DNA of 64,000 nt from Schizochytrium sp. TIO01 (Eukaryota; Protista; Bigyra: Labyrinthulomycetes). This document shows, one piece after another, positions 47,631 through 58,075 of this stretch. Numbering within the stretch: the first letter of the stretch is position 1; each line of letters opens with the position of its first letter. Below the pieces are notes generated by a model. That model had not been told where the DNA came from. It did no database searches and saw nothing but the letters and a program-made list of their open reading frames with translations. The stretch is taken from NCBI GenBank assembly GCA_004764695.1, contig SMSO01000035.1:744001-808000 (forward strand), read 5' to 3'. Made by a program: the position numbers and the translations under genes.

Positions 47631-50600
47631 TTATTCATCGTCGTTATCACAGTTGACGTCTTCACTTTGTTTTTGTTTTTTACTTGCCTGAACAAGCGAA
47701 TGGGCCATCTCAGCCTGTCGTTTAAACATTTGACGTTGGTTGTTGTATTTTTGAGCGATTGTCCGATCGTCGGGATAAAAAGCTGGCTTGTTTTCCCCTA
47801 GTGCAGCCCATTCTTGTTCATCTGCACCCCAAACAGCATGGAAATGAGCTAAAGCTCTTGCTTTATCCATACCCTTTGCGATTGCCTCATTAATTGTATC
47901 AACATAACGCTTATCCATGCGTCTTTGGCGAACACGCTTATTCTCAGAAGCCTTTGTTGCGCTCGAACCTGCAATCGAAGGCGAAACTAGGCTTGGAGAC
48001 TTCTTGATTGGTAAGGAAAGTTCTTCAGATAGGGAAGATGAGAGTCGAATGGTATCATTTGTGCTAGGAACAGAAGTTGATGCATGCGTGTCAGGAGGCA
48101 TTGGTGGGGCCATCATATCATTATTATATTTGTTTTCGTTACGCATTTGTGCCAAACGCTGGATCTCATTGTTGATATCACTCGAGCTAGGCAAGTCCAT
48201 CCTAAATGGATAACGTGCTTCAAGCTCTTCAAAAATAGCCTGCGCTGCCTTATAAGGATCATCCTTTTCTTCTTGTCCAGCTCCTTCACCACTTTCCAAA
48301 CTCTGGAGTATATGTTTTGTAAAGGGATCCAGGCTTATTCCAAATGGCTTGCTTGGGTCATCATAAAACAAGGAATTTCGTGGATCTGACACACTTTGTC
48401 GAGCCCATCCAGGAGGGTACAAATCTGTCAGGTTGAAGTTCTCTGTATCTTGGTACTCAGGCTGATCTGGCGAGTAGATGTTGTCGCGGACGCGAAAGGC
48501 CAGTGGTCCATCAGCCCGGAACTTCTCCTCAACTCGCGGAAGGACGTAACCAGCAAGACTCGAGCGTTCTGGACCAATCTCCACAGGGCTTGCTTCATCA
48601 TGCGCACCTAGGTTATTGTCAAGTTCCAAATCGATCATACTATGCACAGGGTGTCCAGTAACGCTTGTACATGATATGATCAAGGCCTTTTCAAGTCTGC
48701 TTAAGCCTGCGTTCTCGTCCAAAGGTGCGTTTGGAGATATTGAACTAATGAGGCAAGAAGGATCATTGCTTCTCGAATTGCTTGGGTGATTGGGAGATAG
48801 TGGAGAGGCAGAGTTAACTGCCGAAGACTCAGGAAAGGTTGTACTTTCCGCAATACTTGAGAAGTCATAATCCTGTTTCCAACGTTTCAGATAAACAAAA
48901 GGTGTACTTCTAACTACTTTTGCACCGAAAAACATTTGAATCTCCCCAGAATCGAGCGCAGGGTCTGACGATTCCACAACGTTTCGGTTAATCATCTCTT
49001 CTCTACCAAGCAAAGTAGAATCAGAAGCCATCTCATTGCCGAATAAACTTTGAGTGATTTCATCTTCCAGTCTACCTTCTTCCCCATCTTCAGAAGCATC
49101 AGATGATAATTGGGAAAACTCTTGACGTGCTAGATTAAACACCCACTCGGATTGCAAGGATGAGCGAGAGTAGCGGCGTGCACGAATAACTGTTTCAAAA
49201 TCATATGTAGAGTTTATCTCCGGTTCCTGTCGTTGAGGTCCATGTTGATGTTGGGGCTGACGTGGTGGTCGACGTCGTTGCACATTATCATTAAATGTAT
49301 TGTCAAACTGGTATTCTACATCATAGTAGCGTTGGTACGGAGGCAGACGGGCAATTAGCGAACTACACATTGTAAAAAAGCTGTTGAGTTTTTCCTTATT
49401 AATGTGTAAGAGCTGGCACGAGGAGTTATTTGAAGTAGCCTGCTGGCTTAGAGCAGCGTATACCTGTTCTGGAGATACGCTTTCACATTTTCCACCTGCA
49501 AGATAGGTCTCAACAATTTGGCTCGCTTGTGCAACGTGCAAACCCAAGACCCCAGTCAGGCAAGATACTTCAGACGTAATATGCCGATGGATGTTGAGAC
49601 CAACATGCCGTGCAAGAAGAGGCAATGCTGCTGCAAAAGACCGAGAGTTGTATGCCACAGAACAATTCGTTTGAAGAATGATGTTTTGTACTGATGGAAA
49701 GTCACGTTTCAACTGAGTGAAGAGGGCCTCCAGCAAAATAATGCCAGCACTTTCATCCTTTTCAACAGTATCCCGAACAATTTGATCACAAAATACAGCC
49801 TGCCGATCGGCCTTGAATGTCAATGGATTATATTGATACCATATCAACATACATGCATGCCAGCATATTGAGCGTCTACTCGGTTCATTCTTATGCAGCC
49901 TTGCACCAGGCGTAAAATTTTGCTTAAAACCAGCTACAATAATTACATCTTTTGGTGCCGTATTCCGCTCATTCTCACATTGATGTTTCATTTCTTGATG
50001 CAAGTCCAGCAAGGCAACTTGCTGGTTAGCTGTGCGAATCTTATGAGCCATATATGCTTGAGTATTACCATGAAGAACTTCAACTTGCTTAAGCAAAGAC
50101 TCTGTAGATACGTCTTCGTGAACTATCAGTGTAGTCCTTACATGATCTTTGAGTTTGCTAAAAAAGTAAGGGACAAGCCGGCATGCATTGCAGCGAGCTT
50201 GGTTGCGTAAAGCGTGTTCCTTTGAAATATTTAGCCCGTAGCTGAGGCTATGCGAGTGTTCCACATCCCCACTTTCCTTCACAGCGTGTTGAATGTACTG
50301 ATTCTCGAGAAAGTTGGCAAGGACTGCTTTCATGCGAAGCATATATTTTTGTTCTTGAGGGTTAGCGATAAATTGAATAATCATTCGCTCAGCACGATGG
50401 AGATTTTCATGAACCAATTTGACGGTAGCCAAGTCTGTTTGGGAGAGGAGAAGCTCTTGGCCAGTAGTCAACATGCTTATAAGCTCGAAAATTGTTGAGC
50501 GAGAAAGTTTTGGCATATCCTGCCCAACGTCTGCCACTGCATATTGCTGGTACATGTGCGTTTTAGACACATTCCGCACAAATGCGGGGACCTTTGCTTC

Positions 50601-51611
50601 TTGAAAACCATTAAGTGGCACCTTTCGCCAACCCCATGTCAAAGGACCAACATATTGCTCACTCAATATAAAGCTTACGGCTGCATCAATTTGCGCAGGA
50701 TTAAAACGAGCTCTCGTGTGTTTCGTTGATGCGAGGCTATGTCCTTGCAAAAGTTCATCAAAATCATGTCGCGCAGCGGTAAATGTGTTGGAACAGATCG
50801 AGAGCTTAGACGCAGCAGGTAGAGCGTCCTTGATAGCAGCTCTGGGGTATGCGCTGCAAAGCGCTGCGCGGAGAACGCGAAGCTCGACGCTACCTCGTGG
50901 GGCTGCAAGCATGGCACGGACCATGTTGTCCAAGTTCTTGTCTGCCATCGCAGGCGTAGGTTGATGCGTTTTCTTTGCTGCTTTGTCAATGACAGCAGCC
51001 AAGAGGGCATCGGGATCACCAGGGTATACGATCTCCACTATTCTGAGAAGTCCACGAACTACAGCTTGAAGGGCAGTAGATCTTTGTGGGGGAGGGAGGT
51101 CGTTGAATTTGGTCTCGCCTTCTCGTTTTGCGCGTGACGGCATATTGCGCAAATTCGATTCATTCCAGCCAAATACATTCCACAAATCTCGTGGTGAAGG
51201 ATCTGATTCTGACGCAAGAGTGTTAAAGGCACTAACTATTCCTGACGTTGACGAAGATGTGGTTGCTGTCACCCCTCCCGTGGTCGACATCGTTGTTGTT
51301 ACTGTCGCCGGTATTCCTGAAGCTCGAATGCCGTCGTCTTGGTTTTGCAGCTGTTCATCTTGCAAATCATTTTGCAATCCAGAGAATCCTGATCGTCGCC
51401 GAGACGTTGATGTTTCCTGTCCATGTATTGTCGCTTTTGGTAGCATCGATGTGGATTTAGTGCCACGTTTTCCAACGCCGCGAGGGCCTTGTTGTCTCCG
51501 GCTGAGCTTAAAGTCTACAGAGAGTCCATCGTGATCGCACCCGCACCTCGAACAGCGGTCACACACCTCGCAGCGCCGCGCCTTGCAGCCACACTGCAGC
51601 GGGTCTGGCAT
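47631..51611 (-). CDS. Intact Sola3-like DDD-transposase-derived protein, predicted catalytically inactive (~1326 aa from the first ATG)
   Basis: N-terminal CxC..CxxCxxCxxCGCxH; CNAC; VAGFKQNF..RRSICWH; LQTNCSVAY; SEVSCLTGVLGLH; PGWAR; YPFRMDLPS. The ORF is uninterrupted, and the frame stays open to 51671 (TTG). Confidence 0.7.
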   Translation of the reverse strand: MPDPLQCGCKARRCEVCDRCSRCGCDHDGLSVDFKLSRRQQGPRGVGKRGTKSTSMLPKATIHGQETSTSRRRSGFSGLQNDLQDEQLQNQDDGIRASGIPATVTTTMSTTGGVTATTSSSTSGIVSAFNTLASESDPSPRDLWNVFGWNESNLRNMPSRAKREGETKFNDLPPPQRSTALQAVVRGLLRIVEIVYPGDPDALLAAVIDKAAKKTHQPTPAMADKNLDNMVRAMLAAPRGSVELRVLRAALCSAYPRAAIKDALPAASKLSICSNTFTAARHDFDELLQGHSLASTKHTRARFNPAQIDAAVSFILSEQYVGPLTWGWRKVPLNGFQEAKVPAFVRNVSKTHMYQQYAVADVGQDMPKLSRSTIFELISMLTTGQELLLSQTDLATVKLVHENLHRAERMIIQFIANPQEQKYMLRMKAVLANFLENQYIQHAVKESGDVEHSHSLSYGLNISKEHALRNQARCNACRLVPYFFSKLKDHVRTTLIVHEDVSTESLLKQVEVLHGNTQAYMAHKIRTANQQVALLDLHQEMKHQCENERNTAPKDVIIVAGFKQNFTPGARLHKNEPSRRSICWHACMLIWYQYNPLTFKADRQAVFCDQIVRDTVEKDESAGIILLEALFTQLKRDFPSVQNIILQTNCSVAYNSRSFAAALPLLARHVGLNIHRHITSEVSCLTGVLGLHVAQASQIVETYLAGGKCESVSPEQVYAALSQQATSNNSSCQLLHINKEKLNSFFTMCSSLIARLPPYQRYYDVEYQFDNTFNDNVQRRRPPRQPQHQHGPQRQEPEINSTYDFETVIRARRYSRSSLQSEWVFNLARQEFSQLSSDASEDGEEGRLEDEITQSLFGNEMASDSTLLGREEMINRNVVESSDPALDSGEIQMFFGAKVVRSTPFVYLKRWKQDYDFSSIAESTTFPESSAVNSASPLSPNHPSNSRSNDPSCLISSISPNAPLDENAGLSRLEKALIISCTSVTGHPVHSMIDLELDNNLGAHDEASPVEIGPERSSLAGYVLPRVEEKFRADGPLAFRVRDNIYSPDQPEYQDTENFNLTDLYPPGWARQSVSDPRNSLFYDDPSKPFGISLDPFTKHILQSLESGEGAGQEEKDDPYKAAQAIFEELEARYPFRMDLPSSSDINNEIQRLAQMRNENKYNNDMMAPPMPPDTHASTSVPSTNDTIRLSSSLSEELSLPIKKSPSLVSPSIAGSSATKASENKRVRQRRMDKRYVDTINEAIAKGMDKARALAHFHAVWGADEQEWAALGENKPAFYPDDRTIAQKYNNQRQMFKRQAEMAHSLVQASKKQKQSEDVNCDNDDE

Positions 51612-52166
51612 CAAGGTATTAACCTTTTCTGTCCAGGAGCGGCACGCACGCACAGAATCGATCGCTTTCAAATGCTGCGATTTAGAGTTTAAATAGGTGT
51701 TGCGTTGCGAACATTATGAAAAGGGTAAATACCACTAGTGTCTCATAAGGATCGCATAGGCGGAACTCGGTAGTTGGGCACTCACCACAATTGAGGAAGT
51801 AATTCAGAAGAGTCACCAGCAGCCGCACGAAGAGAATCGCACTCCTTTAGCTGCGAATAGGTTCTATTCTCTTCAGCACTTCACTCGACTCCATATTTGC
51901 AAGCTATTGATTTTAACGGTGGATGCCATGGAAAGTTGAACAAGAAAACAAAGTGAACTTGAACTCAAGATAGTTCTGCATTCGCGAGTGTGTGCGAGCC
52001 TCTTGGGGAAGATGAATTCTCGCAGAGAATAAAGTTTAAGGGTAGGATCTCGAGGGTGCGAAAAAAGAGAGCTATATTGCAAAGAAAGGATATTTTTTGT
52101 GTGTAGGTTACGTAGAGTTGCAATTCAAGGGGTTTTATAAAGAGATTAAGGAGAAAGATAGAAGGT

Positions 52167-53411
52167 TTATAAGGCAGAAGCCTGGGTTTCTTCGTTCTCT
52201 GAAGATGTTTTGAGTTCTTTGATCACGGAAATCTCGGCTTGGCTGGTGCGAGCAGGTGGGTCAGCAGCGTCAATGTCAGGAACAACTTCTCCTGCGGATG
52301 CAGTTTTGTCTCCTTCTGGAGTCTTCTTTTCATCTTTCAAGGAGTCAGCGTTTTGAGCATCAACGGGTTCGACTTTCCCCTTTTGGATAACTGGTTTGAG
52401 TTCTTCCTTAGTAGATGATTCTTCATCAACTTTTGATGCTTGCTCAGTGTTAGATTCTTGCACGGTATTTTCTTCTTGCATAATCTTTGTCGTTAGGTCC
52501 TTGTTCTGTTTCTCAGAACCAGTGGATTCATCCCTGCGATCTTCATCTCCTGGTCGTTGATCCCTTCGTGAGCCCCTCTTATCTCTATGATCACGTTTGT
52601 GACGATCATCTTTGCTCCTGCTGCTGCGTTTCTTGTGACGTCGGTAATCATCTTCTGAGTCTTCGCTTCCTGAGTCCCTCCGTTCCTTTCGATGTTGTAC
52701 ATCCTTTCTCCTGCTTCTGCGTTTCTTATCATGCCGGTTGCCATCTTCAGAGTCTTCGCTCTCAGAATCACTATGTCTTCTTCTGTTGGATCTAGAGGAC
52801 CGGCGGCTCTTTTTGTGTTTACGCTCACTTCGACGGCGTTTGGATTGTCGACGACTGTCACTATCACTCTCATCGCGGCTGTCGGTATCGCTATCACTGC
52901 TACTGTCATCACTGCTACTACCGTCACTACTGTGGCTACTGTCGTCTTCGTCATCTCGGCGCCTCCTGCTGCTGCTTCGGTGATGTTTGCTGCGTTTCTT
53001 ACTGTGTTTCTTTCGGGAGCTTCCCCTATCGCGTTTGCGTTTTTTGGAGGATGACGAGCTAGAAGATGATGCCCCCTTACTCTTCTTCTTAATTTCCCTG
53101 TTCATTCTGCGGAGTTTTTTTTCTCGATCTGCGTCAAGTTTGCGTCGGTACTCCTCCATGGCGGCTTCTGTATCGTGGCCTAATTTGTCCATGTGCTGCT
53201 GCTTGAATTCTTCCCAGTCAGGTCGCGACGTGTCGGTGATGCGATCATTGATGGTTGACATTTCACGGCCAAGTTTTAAGAGCAATGGGTCCACAGCTTC
53301 ACCGCGTGCCTGTTGTGCTAAGAGCACTGATTGAAGGCTCAACTGCGTCGATTGTTTCTTGAACTTGGACGAATCGTCCGGCATCTGTGGACCAAACTCC
53401 ATCTTGCCCAT
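52167..53411 (-). CDS. FAM133-like Lys/Ser/Arg-rich nuclear protein
   Basis: RPDWEEFK..MEEYRRKLDADREKKL followed by long K/S/R/D low-complexity tracts. Confidence 0.65.
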   Translation of the reverse strand: MGKMEFGPQMPDDSSKFKKQSTQLSLQSVLLAQQARGEAVDPLLLKLGREMSTINDRITDTSRPDWEEFKQQHMDKLGHDTEAAMEEYRRKLDADREKKLRRMNREIKKKSKGASSSSSSSSKKRKRDRGSSRKKHSKKRSKHHRSSSRRRRDDEDDSSHSSDGSSSDDSSSDSDTDSRDESDSDSRRQSKRRRSERKHKKSRRSSRSNRRRHSDSESEDSEDGNRHDKKRRSRRKDVQHRKERRDSGSEDSEDDYRRHKKRSSRSKDDRHKRDHRDKRGSRRDQRPGDEDRRDESTGSEKQNKDLTTKIMQEENTVQESNTEQASKVDEESSTKEELKPVIQKGKVEPVDAQNADSLKDEKKTPEGDKTASAGEVVPDIDAADPPARTSQAEISVIKELKTSSENEETQASAL

Positions 53412-54244
53412 TTTGCCTTAGGTGCGACCTTCTAGCACTCTTAAGGAAGACCCTCGGTTAAGTACGCTCAACCTTCGATCAGCAACACCACCCAGTTGGT
53501 GTCGTGTTCTCCTGCTATGGCCTCGCGGTTTGGAGCTCTCCAGCACCTGACCTGCTCTGGACCAATGTGTTTGCTCCTCAGTTAACGAGAGCGCTTCTTA
53601 TTCTGCACTTGTGATTCCCACTCTCCACTTACAGTTTTAATTGTTAGATTGTATTTACAGTATAACTCACTGTAGCTTCTCAGGGTGTACTTGTTCCCCA
53701 GAGTGTTCTACTTGCAGTCTGGGGGCGTGCTCGTATAGTCTACTTATTTTGCGAATAGTTCACTTGTGGGAGGCAATAATTCATTGTAGCTATTGTACTG
53801 CGCCATTGTAAAGGCTATACTTTACTTGTAGAACCCTTCTTGAGCGAGGGAAGCTTCGTTAGCACGGTAGCTATTGAAGTAAGAAGTGAACTCAACGATC
53901 CATTGAGGCTTTCAAAACCTGTGCTGCGGCAGCCTCAACGCCCCGCCTGGTCAATTGTAGCTTCGAATATCTGTTTGCGCGTGCTGCTGGTTCGCAGCTC
54001 TGCTTTCCTAGACAGAAGCCCGACCGTATCGACTCGGAGTTCGTTGCTCAGGTCGAGATTGTGCAACGTTGAATTCTCCTGGACCATCTGAGATATTCTG
54101 CAAATTAATTTCTGCAACTGCAGGTGATTCTTGGAATTGTAGAGCTTGTTGAGCGGATTTCAAGGTTTCCAGCACTCTTTGTTTTTCAGAACCTTTCAAG
54201 CACGAAGCAGCAGTAGCAGCAGCAATAGCATCGAAGGAAGAAAA

Positions 54245-56104
54245 ATGACTGAAATGACGACTCTCTTTGAGTTCAAGGCGGGTATGATGAACGCTACCGA
54301 GAACGCCAGCCACAAGTTTGACGTGGTAGCAGACCCTCGTAAGGGCCGTGTTTGTCTCACTCGTGACCAGCATGGTTCTGCGCACGTCGTCTGGAAGCTG
54401 CGCCCTAGCGGCGCCGTGGAGGAGGACCTCCTTGTCTTCCCGGACAACCAGACCTTCTCAAAGGTTAACACCGGCCGTGCTGATGACCGTGTTTACCTTT
54501 TGCAGTTCAACAACTCATCGCGCCGCTTTTTTTTCTGGATGCAGGGCAAGAAGGAGGATGATCCTGAGAACTGCCGCAAGCTGAATGAGTACATGTCCAA
54601 CCCTCCTGCAGTTCCTGTTGGCAGCCTCGGTGGCGGTGGCAGTGGCGGGCGGTGGCGGAAACGCAGATCAGAACGCCATGATGCAGCTTCTCTCGCAGTT
54701 TGGAGGAGGCGGTGCTGGAGGCGCGCAACTCAACGAGAGCCAGCTTCAGAGCGTGCTCCAGGGCCTCGGCATGGGAGGTGCAGGTAAGTGATTACTAAGG
54801 AAAAAGATTGGAGAACCTTGTATTGCAAGACATATATATCGCTCGTATCTTGATCTTCCCGCCTTTTTAAGGTCGTGATCTCGAATATAGTCATCCCCAT
54901 GTTTAGACATGAATGCAATAAGTTTGGTCAGGTAGTTTTGCTAGGAGTTGCATTTTACCAGGACGGAGATATAGGAGAAGCTATAGTGAGAGAATATAGT
55001 TTTCTTGCGTGTCTACAAGGTTTCTTTTGAATTTTTATTCTGGAAAAAACTACATGGAATTATAGAAAACTGACATGTTATGGTAATTTTGGTGAAATTT
55101 TGTGCTATCCGTGACACCTCATTTGAAATAAAACTGGTTGTCAACCTTTCTTTACCAACTGCATCATGGTGGGCTTTCTGGCTACATTATTTACATGCTC
55201 CTACTTGAATCCATTTTGGATGCTTCGTGGTGATGCTACGATCTGGCTTCCCTCCGGTCTCACTCTCGCATACAATTTCCTTCTTCTTCACCCATTACAT
55301 CGAAATCTGCCTTCCAATGTACCTACTCAGGTTCCTCTCGAGGAAACTCAAGCTCAAGCCGCAGCCAACGCCGGCGTGGCAGTGAAGGTGATGATGACGA
55401 CGAAGAAGATAACTCAGGTCGGTCGAATCGAAGAAATCGCGACAACGACGATGATGATGAAGGCAAGGATGATGACTTCTATAACTGAAGTTACATCCAC
55501 CTTCTGTTTGTAGATCGAAACTAACCTGAATATTTGTGCATTTCGGATGTGTTCAAACACTCCATCCTTTAATTCTCTCATTTTTTCTTTTCTTTTGTTA
55601 CTTTACACAGTCGCTTCACCGGTCCCGGTTCAGGCGCCCGAACCTCGCTCCCCCGACCAAGCTAGCTCTTCACAAACAACTTCTGGTCAACAACAGCAAC
55701 AGTTCACCGCAGAAGACTTGCAACGTGCTCTTGCGGGTGTCTCCAACGCTATGCAGCAGCAGCAGCAACAACCTCGAATGCCCCCTCTCACAGAGATTTA
55801 CAAGGCATCTGAGATTGCACCAATGCTCCAAGACCCTGCGATCCGAGATGAACTTATTAACTTTCTTCCGGAAGATCGTCAAACGGAAGAAGAGCTCCGA
55901 TACACTCTGACGAGCCCTCAAGTTCGTCAAGCGTTGGCTATGCTTTCACATGCTCTCCAGTCCGAGAACTTCAATGCCATCATGGCTAATTTTGGTCTTG
56001 ACCCAATGGCGGGCGCTGCCGAGCTTCAGCGTGGCGATGGCATCGGTGCTTTTTTGCGTGCTCTTCAAGCTAAGGCTGACGAAGATGATGAACTGTACCA
56101 ATAA
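54245..56104 (+). CDS. RPN13: Proteasomal ubiquitin receptor Rpn13/ADRM1, long isoform. Exon 54245-54783 (apparent 1-nt insertion at ~54647) plus exon 55611-56104
   Basis: Pru domain LFEFKAG..ADPRKG..EEDLLVFP..RVYLLQF..FFFWMQ. DEUBAD domain LTSPQVRQALAMLSHALQS..FGLDP..AFLRALQ. GTAAGT donor at 54784, CTAAC at 55521, acacAG acceptor. Confidence 0.9.
55331..55488 (+). CDS. Putative alternative terminal exon of Rpn13 (short, DEUBAD-less isoform ending DDDFYN)
   Basis: ctactcAG acceptor after a pyrimidine-rich tract. Phase-compatible with exon 1: GSSRGNSSSSRSQRRRGSEGDDDDEEDNSGRSNRRNRDNDDDDEGKDDDFYN*. Confidence 0.6.
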
Positions 56105-56815
56105 CTTGCAATCTCTTACCTTTTTCTCTTCTTTTTGCGATTTATGCAAAGGTTTAAATCTTTGCAGATAGAGCCTTGGCTTCTATTAATGTCTTGACAT
56201 ACAAAGAGTCACCTGTTGTTAAAGCGTAGACATGAATATGCCTATTTGCCTTATTCAGTAGTTGCTTGCTCCTCTCAGCACCAAAATGCAACCATTCTAT
56301 GATTCTATGTGTTTATATTTTGCTTTCAATTAGCCATGGATAAATCAGTTTCCCAAATCATCACTACATTTTCAGATTTAGCTGGTAAATATTGATTATA
56401 AGGAAGAAAGGATACAGAAAAGATCTTCTGACGTTCTCTTTCTACTGCAGGCTATGTTAGATTTTGTTAAAGAAAAGAAAAGAAACAAAGATCCACAATA
56501 CTTGAGGCATGTATGTATTCAATGCCACAGTAGGAAAAAATGCCCCTCTATTACCCTCGATACTTGATAGCACAAAAGAAAAGGAAAAAGAAGCTGGCTG
56601 TCGCTCGTCACAAATGACCTGTGCCACCGTCGGACTGGAACGAGCCAATAGTTTCAATCATCGGACCGAAAGAGAAATCGCTCACCCCGTTGCTTTGTAT
56701 GATCAAATCCAAATCTAAAGTTGAATTGAAAAGCTCGGCTGTGTTTTGGAGCTTAGGTGTGTTGTACAAAGCATTTACCCCTGAAGTAGTTCTGCAAGCG
56801 ACAGAAGCAAGCAAG

Positions 56816-58075
56816 ATGGCCTCTCCAATTCCTGAGCGGGTTTGCATCGTGGGCTACTCACGAACTCCTTTCGGTTCCTTTGGTGGTGTACTTTCTAAGC
56901 TTTCAGGCCCTCAGCTTGGATCTGCTGCGATCAAAGGAGCGCTAGAACGCTCCGGTGTCAAGGGTGACGAGGTTGATGAGGTCTTCATGGGCCAAGTGGT
57001 GAGTGCTGGCGCTGGACAAGCTCCAGCTCGTCAAGCCGCCCTTGGAGCTGGCCTTCCGATTGAAGTCCCATGCACAACTGTAAACAAAGTCTGCTCCAGC
57101 GGTATGAAGGCGATCATGCTTGGGGGGCAGAGTATCAAACTCGGCGAGAACAACGTTGTGGTATGTGGAGGTTTTGAAAGCATGACGAACGCTCCGTTTT
57201 ACAGCAAGAGTACTCGCTTTGGCAATAAGTTTGGGGATACCACGCTGATTGATGGCCTTGCGCATGACGGTTTACGCGACCCTTATACAAATGAGGCAAT
57301 GGGTTGCTCTGGGACCCTTTGTGCAGCCACCTACGATATTTCACGTGAAGATCAGGACCGGTATGCCGCTTCTAGTTATGCACGTTCGCGACAAGCCACT
57401 CTAAACGGAGTTTTTAAGAACGAAATTTCGCCAATTCAAGTTCCTGGAAAGCGTGGCCAATCTATGGTAGTTGAGCATGATGAAGAACCGATGCTTCGCG
57501 AAATAACTTATGAGACTCTTGCCAAGCTTCCTCCAGCGTTCGGTTTGACTACAAGTGGCAAGAAGGATGAGAAACTTTCCAACTCCCCGCATATCAAGTC
57601 TGTGACAGCTGGAAACAGCTCTGTCGTGAGTGATGGTGCTGCAGCTGTTGTTCTAGTATCGGAATCCTATGCAAGAAAGCGAGGTCTCAAGGTCTTAGCG
57701 TATATTGATGCCTTTGCTGATGCGGCAAATGCTCCTGAGCAATTTACAACAGCCCCCACCAAGGCTGCACAAAAGGCGTTGGCGCGTGCCAACGCCCGGG
57801 TCGAGGATATTGATCTCTGGGAGTTCAACGAAGCGTTCGCTGTAGTGGCCCTTGTCAATGCCAAAAATCTTGGAGTTGACCTAACAAAAGTCAATGTAAA
57901 CGGTGGCGCACTTTCCATTGGTCATCCACTTGGCGCGAGTGGTGCACGGATCATTATGACCCTCATCACCGCGTTGGAGCAGCACAATAAGCAACGCGGC
58001 TGCGCTGGCATTTGCAATGGTGGAGGAGGTGCCTCCTCTATGGTAATAAGCCTGCCTGCTCGTGCTTCGTTGTAA
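56816..58075 (+). CDS. Acetyl-CoA C-acetyltransferase (thiolase II)
   Basis: Motifs NKVCSSGMKA, NEAFA, GHPLGASG and CNGGGG. ATG at 56816; C-terminus RASL. Confidence 0.95.
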   Translation: MASPIPERVCIVGYSRTPFGSFGGVLSKLSGPQLGSAAIKGALERSGVKGDEVDEVFMGQVVSAGAGQAPARQAALGAGLPIEVPCTTVNKVCSSGMKAIMLGGQSIKLGENNVVVCGGFESMTNAPFYSKSTRFGNKFGDTTLIDGLAHDGLRDPYTNEAMGCSGTLCAATYDISREDQDRYAASSYARSRQATLNGVFKNEISPIQVPGKRGQSMVVEHDEEPMLREITYETLAKLPPAFGLTTSGKKDEKLSNSPHIKSVTAGNSSVVSDGAAAVVLVSESYARKRGLKVLAYIDAFADAANAPEQFTTAPTKAAQKALARANARVEDIDLWEFNEAFAVVALVNAKNLGVDLTKVNVNGGALSIGHPLGASGARIIMTLITALEQHNKQRGCAGICNGGGGASSMVISLPARASL

